64,000 bases of DNA from Pirellulales bacterium. GTDB taxonomy: Bacteria; Planctomycetota; Planctomycetia; Pirellulales; UBA1268. The stretch's first letter is position 1; every line of letters begins with the position of its first letter. Under the pieces are notes generated by a model. The model was given only the letters and a program-made list of their open reading frames with translations, was not told where the DNA came from and did not search any database. Shown here piece by piece: positions 36,804 through 45,855 of this stretch. The position numbers were made by a program, and so were the translations under genes. The stretch is taken from positions 3,610 through 67,609 of the forward strand of contig JBIIDT010000008.1 of assembly GCA_044238145.1 (NCBI GenBank), written 5' to 3'.

Positions 36804-37352
36804 ATGGGCATCGTGTCGTTCTGCCCGCAGGGGCACCGCGTCAAGGTCAAGGACATCCTCGCCGGTAAGAAGGGCATCTGCCCGACCTGCGGCGCGCGGT
36901 TCCGGATCCCGAAGGTGTCAGCGCCGCCGCCAGCCGTCGCGGCCGCGCCGGCTGCCGCCTCGCTGCCCGTGGCGCGGATCGTGTCGCTGGACGAGGCGGA
37001 GGCGGAGCGGCTGCCGCGGGCCGTGCCATTCGACCGCCCCGCGCCGGCAGCGGTCGCGGCCGTTCCCGAGCCGGTCGAAGTCGAGCATGACGTCGAGACC
37101 GCCGCCGAAGGGGTGGAGTTCGAGGACGACATCGCGGCGGTCGTCGTGCTGCATCCCGTGATCGCCGAGCGGCCCGACCTGGCCTGGTGCCACGCCGTGC
37201 CCGGCGGCGCCGCCTCCGATCCACTCGGCGCCGAGGCGATGCAGGCCTGGCTCGACTCGGGGCGTGCCGACGCGGGCGCGCTCGTCTGGCGGGCCGACTG
37301 GCCCGAGTGGCGGCCGCTCGCCGCCGTGTTCCCCCGCCACGCCGGCCGCTGA
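36804..37352 (+). CDS. zinc-ribbon plus GYF_2 (DUF4339-like) domain protein
   Basis: The ATG at 36804 gives MGIVSFCPQGHRVKVKDILAGKKGICPTCGARFRIP (CPxGH...CPxC ribbon). A P/A/E-rich linker follows. The C-terminal WCHAVPGGAASDPLGAEAMQAWLDSGRADAGALVWRADWPEWRPLAAVF fits the GYF_2 pattern. Confidence 0.65.
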   Translation: MGIVSFCPQGHRVKVKDILAGKKGICPTCGARFRIPKVSAPPPAVAAAPAAASLPVARIVSLDEAEAERLPRAVPFDRPAPAAVAAVPEPVEVEHDVETAAEGVEFEDDIAAVVVLHPVIAERPDLAWCHAVPGGAASDPLGAEAMQAWLDSGRADAGALVWRADWPEWRPLAAVFPRHAGR

Positions 37353-37447
37353 TGCCGAGGTTTCCAGCGGCGGGGCCGCCCGCTGTGCTACAGTCTGGGC
37401 GCCGGTGACCGGCCGGTGTCGTCGCCCTCGCAAGGAGTTCAACCACC

Positions 37448-38071
37448 ATGCTCGCAGCGCGTCTTTGGAACCATCGTTCGTTCGTGGCCGGCTTCTTGCT
37501 GCTGTTCGCCGCCGGTGGTACCGCGTCGGCCCAGCCCGCCGCGGCCGAGGCGCCGCCGGAGAGCCGCCTGTTCACGATCGCCGACGGCGGCTTCTCGCTG
37601 CGGGCGCCCGAGGGCTGGAAGCGGGTGCAGCCGAAGATGCAGATGATCGAGACGGAGTTCGCGATCCCTTCCGAGGGCGCGGCCGATGACGGCAGCCCGC
37701 TGCAGGCCGGCCGGATGACCGTCATGGGGGCGGGAGGATCGATCCAGGCGAACATCGATCGCTGGTACGGCCAGTTCAGCCAGCCCGACGGCTCCGCCAC
37801 CAAGGACAAGGCGACCACCAAGAAGCTCGAGCTCGCGGGCTGCAAGGTGACGCTCGTCGACATCCCCGGCACCTACAAGGACTCCCCGGGCGGCCCCTTC
37901 GCCGGCGGTGCCGCCGTGGAGCGGCCCGACTACCGGATGCTGGCGGCGATCGTCGAGACGCCCGACCGTGGCAACTACTTCCTCAAGTTCTACGGCCCGG
38001 CGAAGACGCTCGCCGCCCACGCCGACGGCTTCCGCGGGATGGTGGAGGGCATGGTGGCCGCCGGAAAGTGA
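37448..38071 (+). CDS. secreted hypothetical protein
   Basis: 207-aa ORF with AAGGAG upstream and signal FVAGFLLLFAAGGTASAQ. The composition is balanced (FTIADGGFSLRAPEGWKRVQPK...NYFLKFYGPAKTL). No family recognised. Confidence 0.65.
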   Translation: MLAARLWNHRSFVAGFLLLFAAGGTASAQPAAAEAPPESRLFTIADGGFSLRAPEGWKRVQPKMQMIETEFAIPSEGAADDGSPLQAGRMTVMGAGGSIQANIDRWYGQFSQPDGSATKDKATTKKLELAGCKVTLVDIPGTYKDSPGGPFAGGAAVERPDYRMLAAIVETPDRGNYFLKFYGPAKTLAAHADGFRGMVEGMVAAGK

Positions 38072-38093
38072 GCCGCGCCGGGGGCCGCACGCG

Positions 38094-39557
38094 ATGAAAG
38101 TTCACGAGTTTCTCGAGCACCACGGCATCGCGGGCAACCCGTTCGCCGAGGAAGACGCGCAGAACGACACCGTCTTCAAGCGGACCTGCCTGGAGACGAC
38201 GTTCCATCCCGCGTGGGACAAGATCTACGGCGACCCGGCCGACCCGAGCACGGCGATCGTGTTCGGCGAGAAGGGCTCGGGGAAGACGGCCCTCAAGCTG
38301 CAGATGGTGCGGCAGTTCGAACGGCACGCCGCGGCCTGCCCCGAGGCCCGGACGTTCGTCGTCCTGTACGACGACTTCAACCCGTTCCTCGACCGGTTCG
38401 TGAGCCGCGTGGGGCCGAACCGCCCGGTGGAGAAGGTGCTCTCCCAGTGGAAGCTCTGGGACCACATGGACGCGATCCTGGCGCTGGCCGTGACGCAGCT
38501 CGTGACGAGCGTCAACGAGTCGCCGGCCCGGCAGGCGAAGCTCACGCCCCCGCAGGCCCGCGACCTCGCCCTGCTGGCGGCCTGCTACGACCAGTCGCTC
38601 GCCGAGACGTTCCCGGCGCGGTGGCGGCGGCTGCGCGGCCGGGTCGGTTACCGGGCCTGGCGGGGCCTGTGGCCGCGGGCGCTGGCGACGCTGGCCACGG
38701 CCTGCCTCGCCGCGGCGCTCGGCTATTCCGCCTGGCAGGGCGGCTTCGAGTGGGCGCGGCAATGGTGGCCGTGGGTGCTGTTCGCGGCCTGCTGGCTGCC
38801 GCTCGTGGTGCGGCAGGCCCGCGGCACGTGGAAGGCCTGGCGGATCGTGCGGTCGATGCGGACCGGCAACCGCACGCTTGGACAGCTCGGCCGGGCGCTC
38901 GCCCGCATGCCCGAGGTCGACCTCGCCGGCCAGCCGCTGCCGGCCCACGCCCGCAGCGACGACCGGTACGAACTCTTCGGCAAGCTGCAAGGCGTGATCA
39001 AGGCCCTCGGTTACACGGGGATGGTCGTGATCGTGGACCGGCTCGACGAGCCGCATCTCATCAACGGCTCGGCCGACCGGATGCGGCAGGTGATCTGGCC
39101 GATCTTCGACAACAAGTTCCTCAAGTCGCCGGGCCTCGGCTTCAAGCTGCTGCTGCCCGAGGAGCTGTACCGCTTCATCGAGCGGGAGACGGAGGCCTTC
39201 AACCAGCGGGCCCGGCTCGACAAGCAGAACCTCGTGCCCTCCCTCGAATGGTCGGGTGAGACGCTCTACGACATCGCCTCCGCCCGCGTGAAGGCGGCCA
39301 GCGTGGGCACGCCGCCGGCCACGCTCTCGAGCCTCTTCGACCCGGCGGTCGACCAGCGGCGGCTGATCGACGGGCTGCGGAGCCTGCGGGTGCCGCGGCA
39401 GCTGTTCAAGTTCCTCTACCGGCTGCTCGTGGCCCACTGCCACGCCCACACCGACGAACAGCCCGTGTACACGATCTCGCTGCCGGAGTTCGAGCGGGAG
39501 CTGGCCGTGTTCCGCCGCGACCAGGACGCCTTCGATCGGGGCCTCGCACCACGCTAG
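38094..39557 (+). CDS. P-loop NTPase with two transmembrane helices inserted between Walker A and Walker B (KAP-family-like)
   Basis: The real start is the ATG at 38094, 22 nt after the previous stop (the track ORF starts at 37908). Walker A is FGEKGSGKTAL. Hydrophobic spans are LWPRALATLATACLAAALGYSAW and WWPWVLFAACWLPLVV. Walker B-like GMVVIVDRLDEP comes after them. Confidence 0.75.
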   Translation: MKVHEFLEHHGIAGNPFAEEDAQNDTVFKRTCLETTFHPAWDKIYGDPADPSTAIVFGEKGSGKTALKLQMVRQFERHAAACPEARTFVVLYDDFNPFLDRFVSRVGPNRPVEKVLSQWKLWDHMDAILALAVTQLVTSVNESPARQAKLTPPQARDLALLAACYDQSLAETFPARWRRLRGRVGYRAWRGLWPRALATLATACLAAALGYSAWQGGFEWARQWWPWVLFAACWLPLVVRQARGTWKAWRIVRSMRTGNRTLGQLGRALARMPEVDLAGQPLPAHARSDDRYELFGKLQGVIKALGYTGMVVIVDRLDEPHLINGSADRMRQVIWPIFDNKFLKSPGLGFKLLLPEELYRFIERETEAFNQRARLDKQNLVPSLEWSGETLYDIASARVKAASVGTPPATLSSLFDPAVDQRRLIDGLRSLRVPRQLFKFLYRLLVAHCHAHTDEQPVYTISLPEFERELAVFRRDQDAFDRGLAPR

Positions 39558-39689
39558 ATCGCATCCGAGTTTGGAACGCCACCGGCTCGGGGGCGGCAAA
39601 AGTCGCCGCTGAGCGGTCTTTCAGATTCTCGCTGCGGCCGCGGCGGCCACACGCTCGTCGAGCGTTCGCCGACCCCCTCACCTGTCTCG

Positions 39690-40724
39690 ATGGAGCTGCC
39701 GGAGCGACACGTTACGACCTCCATGGCCAATGAAACCGACATCCACACGCTCGTGGTCGGCCGGGAGGCGATGGCCTGCCGGTTCGAGGTCGTGTTCAAC
39801 GTCGGTGAGGAGGCCGACGCCACGGCACTCGCCTGCGCGGCGCTCGATCGCGTGGACGAGGTCGAGAACGCGTTCAGCGTGTACCGCGACACGAGCGACC
39901 TCTCCATCCTCAACGCGACGGCCGCCTCAGGCTGGCAGCCGGTCACGCACGAGGTGCTCGCGCTGTTGCAGCGGTCCCGCGAGTTGCACGACCGCACCGG
40001 CGGCGGGTTCGACGTCGCCGCGGGGTCGCTCGTGAAGGCCTGGGGCTTCCTCGCGCGGCAGGGGCGGATCCCGACGGACGAGGCCTTGGCCGCGGCCCGG
40101 GAGGCGGCCGGCATGCGGCACGTGGAGATCGACGTGCCGGGGCGGCGAGTGCGGTTCGCGCGAATCGGCGTCGAGGTCAATCCCGGGGCGATCGGCAAGG
40201 GATGGGCGGTGGACCGGGCGGTCGAACTGCTGGTTGATCGCGGCGTGGCGAACGTGCTCGTGCACGGCGGCTCGAGCAGCGTGCGAGCGATCGGCGGGCG
40301 AGGGGCGGGCCGCGGCTGGCCCGTCGGTCTGCGGCATCCGCTGCGGCCGGCCGTGCGGCTGGCCACGGTCGCGCTCGTCGACCGGGCCCTCGGCACGAGC
40401 GGCTCGGGCACGCAGTTCTTCGTCGACCGCGGCCGCAAACTCGGCCACATCCTCGACCCCCGGTCCGGGCGGCCGGCCGAGGGCGTGATTTCGGCGACGG
40501 TGCTCGCGGCCGACGCCGCCACCGCCGACGCGCTGGCTACCGCGCTCTACGTGCTCGGACCTGACGGGCTGCCCGTGGTCGCGCCACCGGGGGGCGACGC
40601 GGCGGCGATCCTCGTCATGCCCGGGGAGGCGCCGGGCCGGCTGGCCGTCGTCACGGCCAACCTCGCGGCCGCCGACATCGCCTGGAATCCGGCGGAGCCG
40701 GTCGAAATCGCCACGCGTGGATGA
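39690..40724 (+). CDS. apbE: FAD:protein FMN transferase (ApbE family)
   Basis: 344-aa ORF. AMACRFEVVF, SDLSILN, GGGFDVAAGSLVKAWGF and NPGAIGKGWAVDRA are ApbE-family patterns. An alternative start is the ATG at 39723. Confidence 0.85.
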   Translation: MELPERHVTTSMANETDIHTLVVGREAMACRFEVVFNVGEEADATALACAALDRVDEVENAFSVYRDTSDLSILNATAASGWQPVTHEVLALLQRSRELHDRTGGGFDVAAGSLVKAWGFLARQGRIPTDEALAAAREAAGMRHVEIDVPGRRVRFARIGVEVNPGAIGKGWAVDRAVELLVDRGVANVLVHGGSSSVRAIGGRGAGRGWPVGLRHPLRPAVRLATVALVDRALGTSGSGTQFFVDRGRKLGHILDPRSGRPAEGVISATVLAADAATADALATALYVLGPDGLPVVAPPGGDAAAILVMPGEAPGRLAVVTANLAAADIAWNPAEPVEIATRG

Positions 40725-40784
40725 TCCTGCCGAGCGGGGTAGACTTCAAAAACTCCGCCCGCACCTCTGGCCCCACCGCACCCC

Positions 40785-41498
40785 ATGCTGGACTGGATCG
40801 AACAGACCTCCTACCTGGGGATCATCGTCTTCCTGACGCTCACGGGCATCGGCCTGCCGATCCCGGAGGAGGTGCCGATCGTGGCCGCCGGCGTGGCCAG
40901 CAAGGCGGCGGCCCTGAAGTGGTATTACGCGCTGCCCGCGTGCCTGGTCGGCGCCCTGCTCGGCGACAGCCTGATGTACGCGATCGGCCGGTTCTTCGGG
41001 GCCAAGATCCTCAAGGAGCACCCCTGGTGGTCCGGCTTCCTCACGGCGGAGCGGGAGAAGACGATCGAGGACCTGCTCAAGAAGCACGGCATCAAGGCGT
41101 TCTTTGTGGCCCGGTTCCTGGTCGGCCTCCGCAGCCCCTTCTACCTGACCGCCGGCATCCTCCGCGTGAAATACCGCTGGTTCCTCCTGGCGGACTTCAT
41201 CTGCGCCTCGGTCGTGATCGGCGGGTTCTTCGGCCTCGCCTACCTGTTCGGCGACCGGATCACGGGCCTCATCCAGTCGGCGGAACGGGGCTTGACGATG
41301 GTCGTGATCGCCTTGGCCCTCGTCGCCCTGGCCGTGATCGCCTTCTTCTCGTTCCGCAAGCGGCGGATCCGGATGCTCGACCAGGACCCCGAGGCCCTGT
41401 TCGAAAACCGCGAGATCCTCCTCGGCCCGGCCGCCGACCGGATCGCCGACGCGGTCAATCTCGGCGACGTCAACCACGACGGCGAACAGAAGCCGTAG
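40785..41498 (+). CDS. DedA family (SNARE-associated) membrane protein
   Basis: YLGIIVFLTLTGIGLPIPEEVPIVAAGV...LGDSLMYAIGRFFG...FFVARFLVGLRSPFYLTAGIL is the canonical DedA pattern. Confidence 0.85.
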   Translation: MLDWIEQTSYLGIIVFLTLTGIGLPIPEEVPIVAAGVASKAAALKWYYALPACLVGALLGDSLMYAIGRFFGAKILKEHPWWSGFLTAEREKTIEDLLKKHGIKAFFVARFLVGLRSPFYLTAGILRVKYRWFLLADFICASVVIGGFFGLAYLFGDRITGLIQSAERGLTMVVIALALVALAVIAFFSFRKRRIRMLDQDPEALFENREILLGPAADRIADAVNLGDVNHDGEQKP

Positions 41499-41649
41499 GG
41501 CCGCCCGCCGTCCGGTGGCGCGGATCGTGACGGTCGTGCGGACGCGAGGCTGCGGAATCCGTCGACCTGTCGCCCTGGGGCGACTTTGACGTCGCCCGAT
41601 TGCGACCTAAAGAACCTGTGGCAGACGGTCGCACCCCAGGAATCGCCCC

Positions 41650-42996
41650 ATGACCGACCACGAGCACCGCGCTTCGAATCCGCTTCGCCTGCTCGTCGTC
41701 GACGACGACCGTCGGGCGGCGTCCAACCGGGCCCAGTGGCTGTGCAGCCTCGGGCACCACGCCTCGGCCGCCGGCACCGCCGCCGAGGCCGCGCAGGCGA
41801 TCGCCCGGGCCGGCTGCGATGTCGTCGTGCTCGACGGTGGCCTGCCCGATGCGGGCCTCGTCGTCGCCACGGCCGGGGCCGCGGGCGTCGTGGTGCTCGC
41901 CGCCGGGCACGGCCCCGCCGATGCAGTCGGCGACGCCGTCGTGCCGGCACCCGGCCGCGACGCCGAGATCCTCGCCGCCATCGAACGGGCCCGGGCCGCG
42001 GCCGCCTCACGGTCCGTCGTGGCCCTCGCCGCCGGGTCGCCGATCCTCGGCACGCATCCCGCCATCCGTCGCCTGCTCGACCTCGTCGACCGCGTCGCCG
42101 CCACGCCCGCCACCGTGCTGGTCACCGGCGAGAGCGGCACCGGTAAGTCGCTCCTCGCCCGCGAGATCCACCGCCAGAGCGGCCGCACCGGCCGGTTCGT
42201 GGAGGTCGCCTGCGGCGCCTTGAGCGAGACGCTCCTCGAGAGCGAACTCTTCGGCCACGTGGCCGGCGCCTTCACCGGCGCCATGGCGGACCGGGCGGGG
42301 CGGTTCCTCCAGGCCGACGGCGGCACGATCTTCCTCGACGAGATCGCCACCGCCTCGCCGGCCCTGCAGGTCAAGCTCCTGCGGGTTCTCCAGGAGATGG
42401 CCTTCGAGCCGGTGGGCGGCGGCCGCACGCACACGGTCGACGCCCGCGTGATCCTCGCCACGCACGAGAACCTCGAGCGGCTCGTCGCGGCCGGCACGTT
42501 CCGCGCCGACCTCTACTGGCGGATCAACGTGGTGACGCTCGAGATGCCGCCGCTGCGGAGCCGCGCGAGCGACATTCCGCTCCTGGCCGCGCACTTTCTC
42601 GGCGCCGCGGCCGCGAAGGCCGGCCGGCGGGTCGAGGGCTTCACGCCCGCCGCCCTCGAGGCCCTCGTGAGTCACGCCTGGCCGGGCAACGTCCGCGAAC
42701 TCGAGCACGCCGTGAGCCGGGCGGCGTTCCTCGGCCGCGGGCCGGTGGTGGACGTGTGCGACCTGCCGCCGACCGTGGGCGGCGGCCTGCCGTCCGAAGC
42801 CAGCGTCGGCCGCGACGCGTCGCCTTTGAAGGCCGCGATGGCGGTGCCGGAGCGGCAGTTGATCCTCGACGCGCTCGAACGGTCGGGCTGGCGGCGGGAC
42901 GCCGCGGCCCGGGCCCTGGGCATCAACCGCACCACGCTCTACAAGAAGGCCAAGCGGCTGGGGATGAACCTAGCGTCGTTGGCTCCGGAGCGATAG
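41650..42996 (+). CDS. sigma-54-dependent response regulator (NtrC family)
   Basis: The receiver is LRLLVVDDDRRAA...DVVVLDGGLPD. The AAA+ sigma-54 interaction domain has GESGTGKSLLAREIH, ESELFGHVAGAFTGA and the GAFTGA loop. The C-terminal Fis-type HTH is AAARALGINRTTLYKKAKRLGM. No partner histidine kinase is adjacent. Confidence 0.9.
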   Translation: MTDHEHRASNPLRLLVVDDDRRAASNRAQWLCSLGHHASAAGTAAEAAQAIARAGCDVVVLDGGLPDAGLVVATAGAAGVVVLAAGHGPADAVGDAVVPAPGRDAEILAAIERARAAAASRSVVALAAGSPILGTHPAIRRLLDLVDRVAATPATVLVTGESGTGKSLLAREIHRQSGRTGRFVEVACGALSETLLESELFGHVAGAFTGAMADRAGRFLQADGGTIFLDEIATASPALQVKLLRVLQEMAFEPVGGGRTHTVDARVILATHENLERLVAAGTFRADLYWRINVVTLEMPPLRSRASDIPLLAAHFLGAAAAKAGRRVEGFTPAALEALVSHAWPGNVRELEHAVSRAAFLGRGPVVDVCDLPPTVGGGLPSEASVGRDASPLKAAMAVPERQLILDALERSGWRRDAAARALGINRTTLYKKAKRLGMNLASLAPER

Positions 42997-43025
42997 TCCG
43001 CGCCGCGTCGTAGCCGCGGCCGGCT

Positions 43026-43613
43026 TCAGCCGTCCGGGTCGTCGAGCAGTTGGCGAAGACGGTCGGCGTGCTCTGGCACGCACCGTGGCAGCCACGAGTC
43101 ATCGACGAGACCGAGGGAGATCAGATCCTGCAGGTGCACCTGGTCCTTGCGGCGGAACGAATTGAGCTTCATCCGTACCAGGGCTTCGAGTGTCACCACG
43201 TGGTAGTCGTCGGCCCGCTCCCGCTCGGTGACGTCGGCCGTCGGCAGCGGATACGACTCGCGGACTCTCTCCCCGGCGAACAGCAGATGGATGGCGTCTC
43301 GTGGGCTGCCCTGTGGGCCGTCAATGAAGCAGGCGACGTCCATCACGGTCGCATGGACGAACCCGACCGCCTCGAGGGCGACCTTGACGGCCGCGAAGTC
43401 GGCCCGGCGGACGAGGATGTCGACGTCCTGGGTGTTCCGCACCGCGGCCCGGTCGACCCGCGCCACCCAGGCCGCCACCGCGTTGCCCCCGGCCACGGCA
43501 TACGGAATACCCGCCCGCTCCAGGGCCGCGGTCGCTCGCAGGGCACGTTCACGGACGGCTTGCACGGCCTCGATCATCCTCTCCCAGGAGAACTCACGGA
43601 GTTCGACCGCCAC
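43026..43613 (-). CDS. minimal nucleotidyltransferase-fold protein
   Basis: 195-aa ORF. The GTG start is preceded by GAGGTG. YAVAGGNAVAAWVARVDRAAVRNTQDVDILV fits the G-[GS]-x(n)-D-x-D pattern of pol-beta-superfamily nucleotidyltransferases. The C-terminal LVRMKLNSFRRKDQVHLQDL is common in this group. Confidence 0.6.
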   Translation of the reverse strand: MAVELREFSWERMIEAVQAVRERALRATAALERAGIPYAVAGGNAVAAWVARVDRAAVRNTQDVDILVRRADFAAVKVALEAVGFVHATVMDVACFIDGPQGSPRDAIHLLFAGERVRESYPLPTADVTERERADDYHVVTLEALVRMKLNSFRRKDQVHLQDLISLGLVDDSWLPRCVPEHADRLRQLLDDPDG

Positions 43614-43726
43614 GTTACACCTCGATCACGGGAGCTCGGCCAGTGGGCATCATACCCTGCCGGTCGTCCATCGTGTGCCTCTCGCAGACGGCATCGAGGG
43701 CAGCGCATCGCCCCCAGAACCGCGGG

Positions 43727-45397
43727 CTATCGGTCGGACGTGGCCGCCATGTGCAGGCCGACGTCGTCGTTTTCGGGTGCCGGCTCGTCGCCCGGCGCCG
43801 GCGGGCCGCCGTCGTCCTCGCCGTCGGGGCCGACGGAGTAGACGATCCAGCCGTTCTCCACAAACTTCGCACGGAGCGGCGCGTCGGCCGTGAAGGGATC
43901 GATCGGCAACGCCGGCAGCTGGTCGGGCACGAAGGCGGCGACCGCCTCGGGGAGCGACCCGGTGGCGAGCCGGGCGCGGGTGATCGCCACGAGCACCTCG
44001 GCGCAGCGGTGCAGGGCCTGGTTGCTGCACTGTGCCTTGAAGCAGCCGCCGAGGGCGGGCACGAGCAGCGGGCCGAGCATTACCTCGCGGCCGCCCGGCA
44101 GCAGTTGCCGCTCGATCGCAGCGATCCGTTCCTGCGTCGCCGGGAAAAGCCGATCGGTCGGATCGGCGAGGAGCTGCTGGTAGCCATGCAGGCAACGTTT
44201 GTAGCCGACGACCTCGGCGGGCCAGAGAAAGCAGCGATAGACGCTGGCGAGTGGCCCGGCGACCGTCGCCATGGCGGTGAAGCCGTCCGCTTCATCACCC
44301 GCGTAGGTCAGCATGCCCCATGCTCCGTCCGCCAGGTCGGCGGCCGTGGCCAGGCCCCACGCCTCCTCGCCGAACAGATGTCGGCGGAACGAGACCGTCG
44401 TGCCCAGAAAGTCGGTGAAGGCGGGGTCGGCGAGCCGCGCGAGATCCTCTGCCTTGGTCGCCGGCAGAACGGCCGCGAGCGTTTCGAGCGCCCCCCCGTC
44501 GATCGCGCTGGAAACGACGCCAGCGATCAGGAGCGGATCGGCGCCGGCATGGGTCGCGAGTCGCCCCAGCAGCACGACGTCGCGGAGGGCGGCGTCCGCA
44601 GCGCCGGAGGCTGACTCCCGCCGGGCGGCGAGGGCCAGGAGCCTGGCCGCCTGCCGCATCGAACTGAACTCCGGCAGGAGCATGTCCACAGAGGGCCGCG
44701 ACCAGTCGCGGACGAAACGGCAGCCGGGCTTGGCGGCGGCCCGCCGAACGAGATCGAGCGTCGCCGCGTGGCGGGAGAGGAGGGCGGCGACGTCGGCCGC
44801 GGCGACGTCGGCCGTCCTCCAGTTCGACAGCAGTTTCGCCTGCGGCGAGGAATTGACGAAATGCAGTCTTTCGGCCGCGAGTTCGGCGAACGCCCGCTCG
44901 TAGAGCGGGGCCGCGTCGTCGTCCGGGGCCGGCGTGGGCGGCAGGCTCGCCGCCATGAGCTGGGCCGCCTCGACCCGCAGCGCCCGGCCTGCGGCGACGA
45001 CGCCCCGGTCGATCCCGAGGAGCGTGCCGAACGACGCCGCCTCCGCCGCGAGGAACAGCGCCGCCAGCCCGAAGGCCGGCCATGCCTCGGCGACGCAGCC
45101 GTCGCCATCGGCGGATCGCGCCAAGCCGGCACGACGAATCCACCAGCCGCCGATGACGGCCGAAAGGAAGGCGGTGAGCGTCGGCGCGAACCAGTTCGTT
45201 CGCAGTCCCATCCCGAACGCCAGCCAGGCCGCGAGCACGACCCACGGCAGCAGGATCAGCGGCGGGACGATCACGCCGGCCGCGACGAGGAGTTGCTTGG
45301 GGCGGCGCCGCGCGGTGCGGGCCGCCGCCGCGATGCACGCGGCCGTCCAGAACAGGCTGGCCGCGATCGCGGCCACGAAGAACAGCAGATGGGACAT
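43727..45397 (-). CDS. multi-pass membrane protein with pseudopilin-like C-terminus, function unknown
   Basis: 556-aa ORF with four or more N-terminal hydrophobic spans and a large Ala/Leu-rich helical region. It ends in PIDPFTADAPLRAKFVENGWIVYSVGPDGEDDGG, which resembles the C-terminal motif of T2SS GspG-type pseudopilins. Its start shares one nucleotide with the upstream stop (TGATG). Confidence 0.6.
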   Translation of the reverse strand: MSHLLFFVAAIAASLFWTAACIAAAARTARRRPKQLLVAAGVIVPPLILLPWVVLAAWLAFGMGLRTNWFAPTLTAFLSAVIGGWWIRRAGLARSADGDGCVAEAWPAFGLAALFLAAEAASFGTLLGIDRGVVAAGRALRVEAAQLMAASLPPTPAPDDDAAPLYERAFAELAAERLHFVNSSPQAKLLSNWRTADVAAADVAALLSRHAATLDLVRRAAAKPGCRFVRDWSRPSVDMLLPEFSSMRQAARLLALAARRESASGAADAALRDVVLLGRLATHAGADPLLIAGVVSSAIDGGALETLAAVLPATKAEDLARLADPAFTDFLGTTVSFRRHLFGEEAWGLATAADLADGAWGMLTYAGDEADGFTAMATVAGPLASVYRCFLWPAEVVGYKRCLHGYQQLLADPTDRLFPATQERIAAIERQLLPGGREVMLGPLLVPALGGCFKAQCSNQALHRCAEVLVAITRARLATGSLPEAVAAFVPDQLPALPIDPFTADAPLRAKFVENGWIVYSVGPDGEDDGGPPAPGDEPAPENDDVGLHMAATSDR

Positions 45398-45855
45398 CAG
45401 AGCATCTCCTCGAGGAGGCGGCGGCGTTCGACCGCACGGGATTCGGGGCGGGACGGTAACGCAATGGCGGGCGGCGCGGCGCGGCCGTCGTCGTGACGTG
45501 GCGGAGCGGCGAGGGCGGCCAGCAGCGACTCGTCTTCAACGCCGGCGGTCCGCAGTCGCGAAACGAGCGTGAGAGTCTCGGCGGGCCGCAGGGCCTCGAG
45601 CCCCGCCACGACGGGGGCCGTCATGGCGATGCCCAGCACCGCCGCGGCGGCCCAGGCCCAGCCGGGGATCCGCACGTCGTCCGCGTCGCGGGCCGGCGGC
45701 CGCGGCGCGGCGAGAGCGTCGTCCACCGCCATCAAGACGCGGTGTCGCAGGGTCGGCGGGGCGACCACGGGGTCGCGCCGCTCCAGCCGCCGCTCGATCG
45801 CGGCCAGGCCCGGGTCGGGCCACAGCGGGTCGGGATGCGGGGGCCGGTCGGTCAT
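45397..45855 (-). CDS. putative anti-sigma factor (single-pass membrane protein)
   Basis: 152-aa ORF. Its ATG overlaps the ECF sigma stop (ATGA). It has one TM span, IPGWAWAAAAVLGIAMTAPVVAG. Position and size fit an ECF-cognate anti-sigma factor, but there is no sequence motif proof. Confidence 0.5.
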   Translation of the reverse strand: MTDRPPHPDPLWPDPGLAAIERRLERRDPVVAPPTLRHRVLMAVDDALAAPRPPARDADDVRIPGWAWAAAAVLGIAMTAPVVAGLEALRPAETLTLVSRLRTAGVEDESLLAALAAPPRHDDGRAAPPAIALPSRPESRAVERRRLLEEML

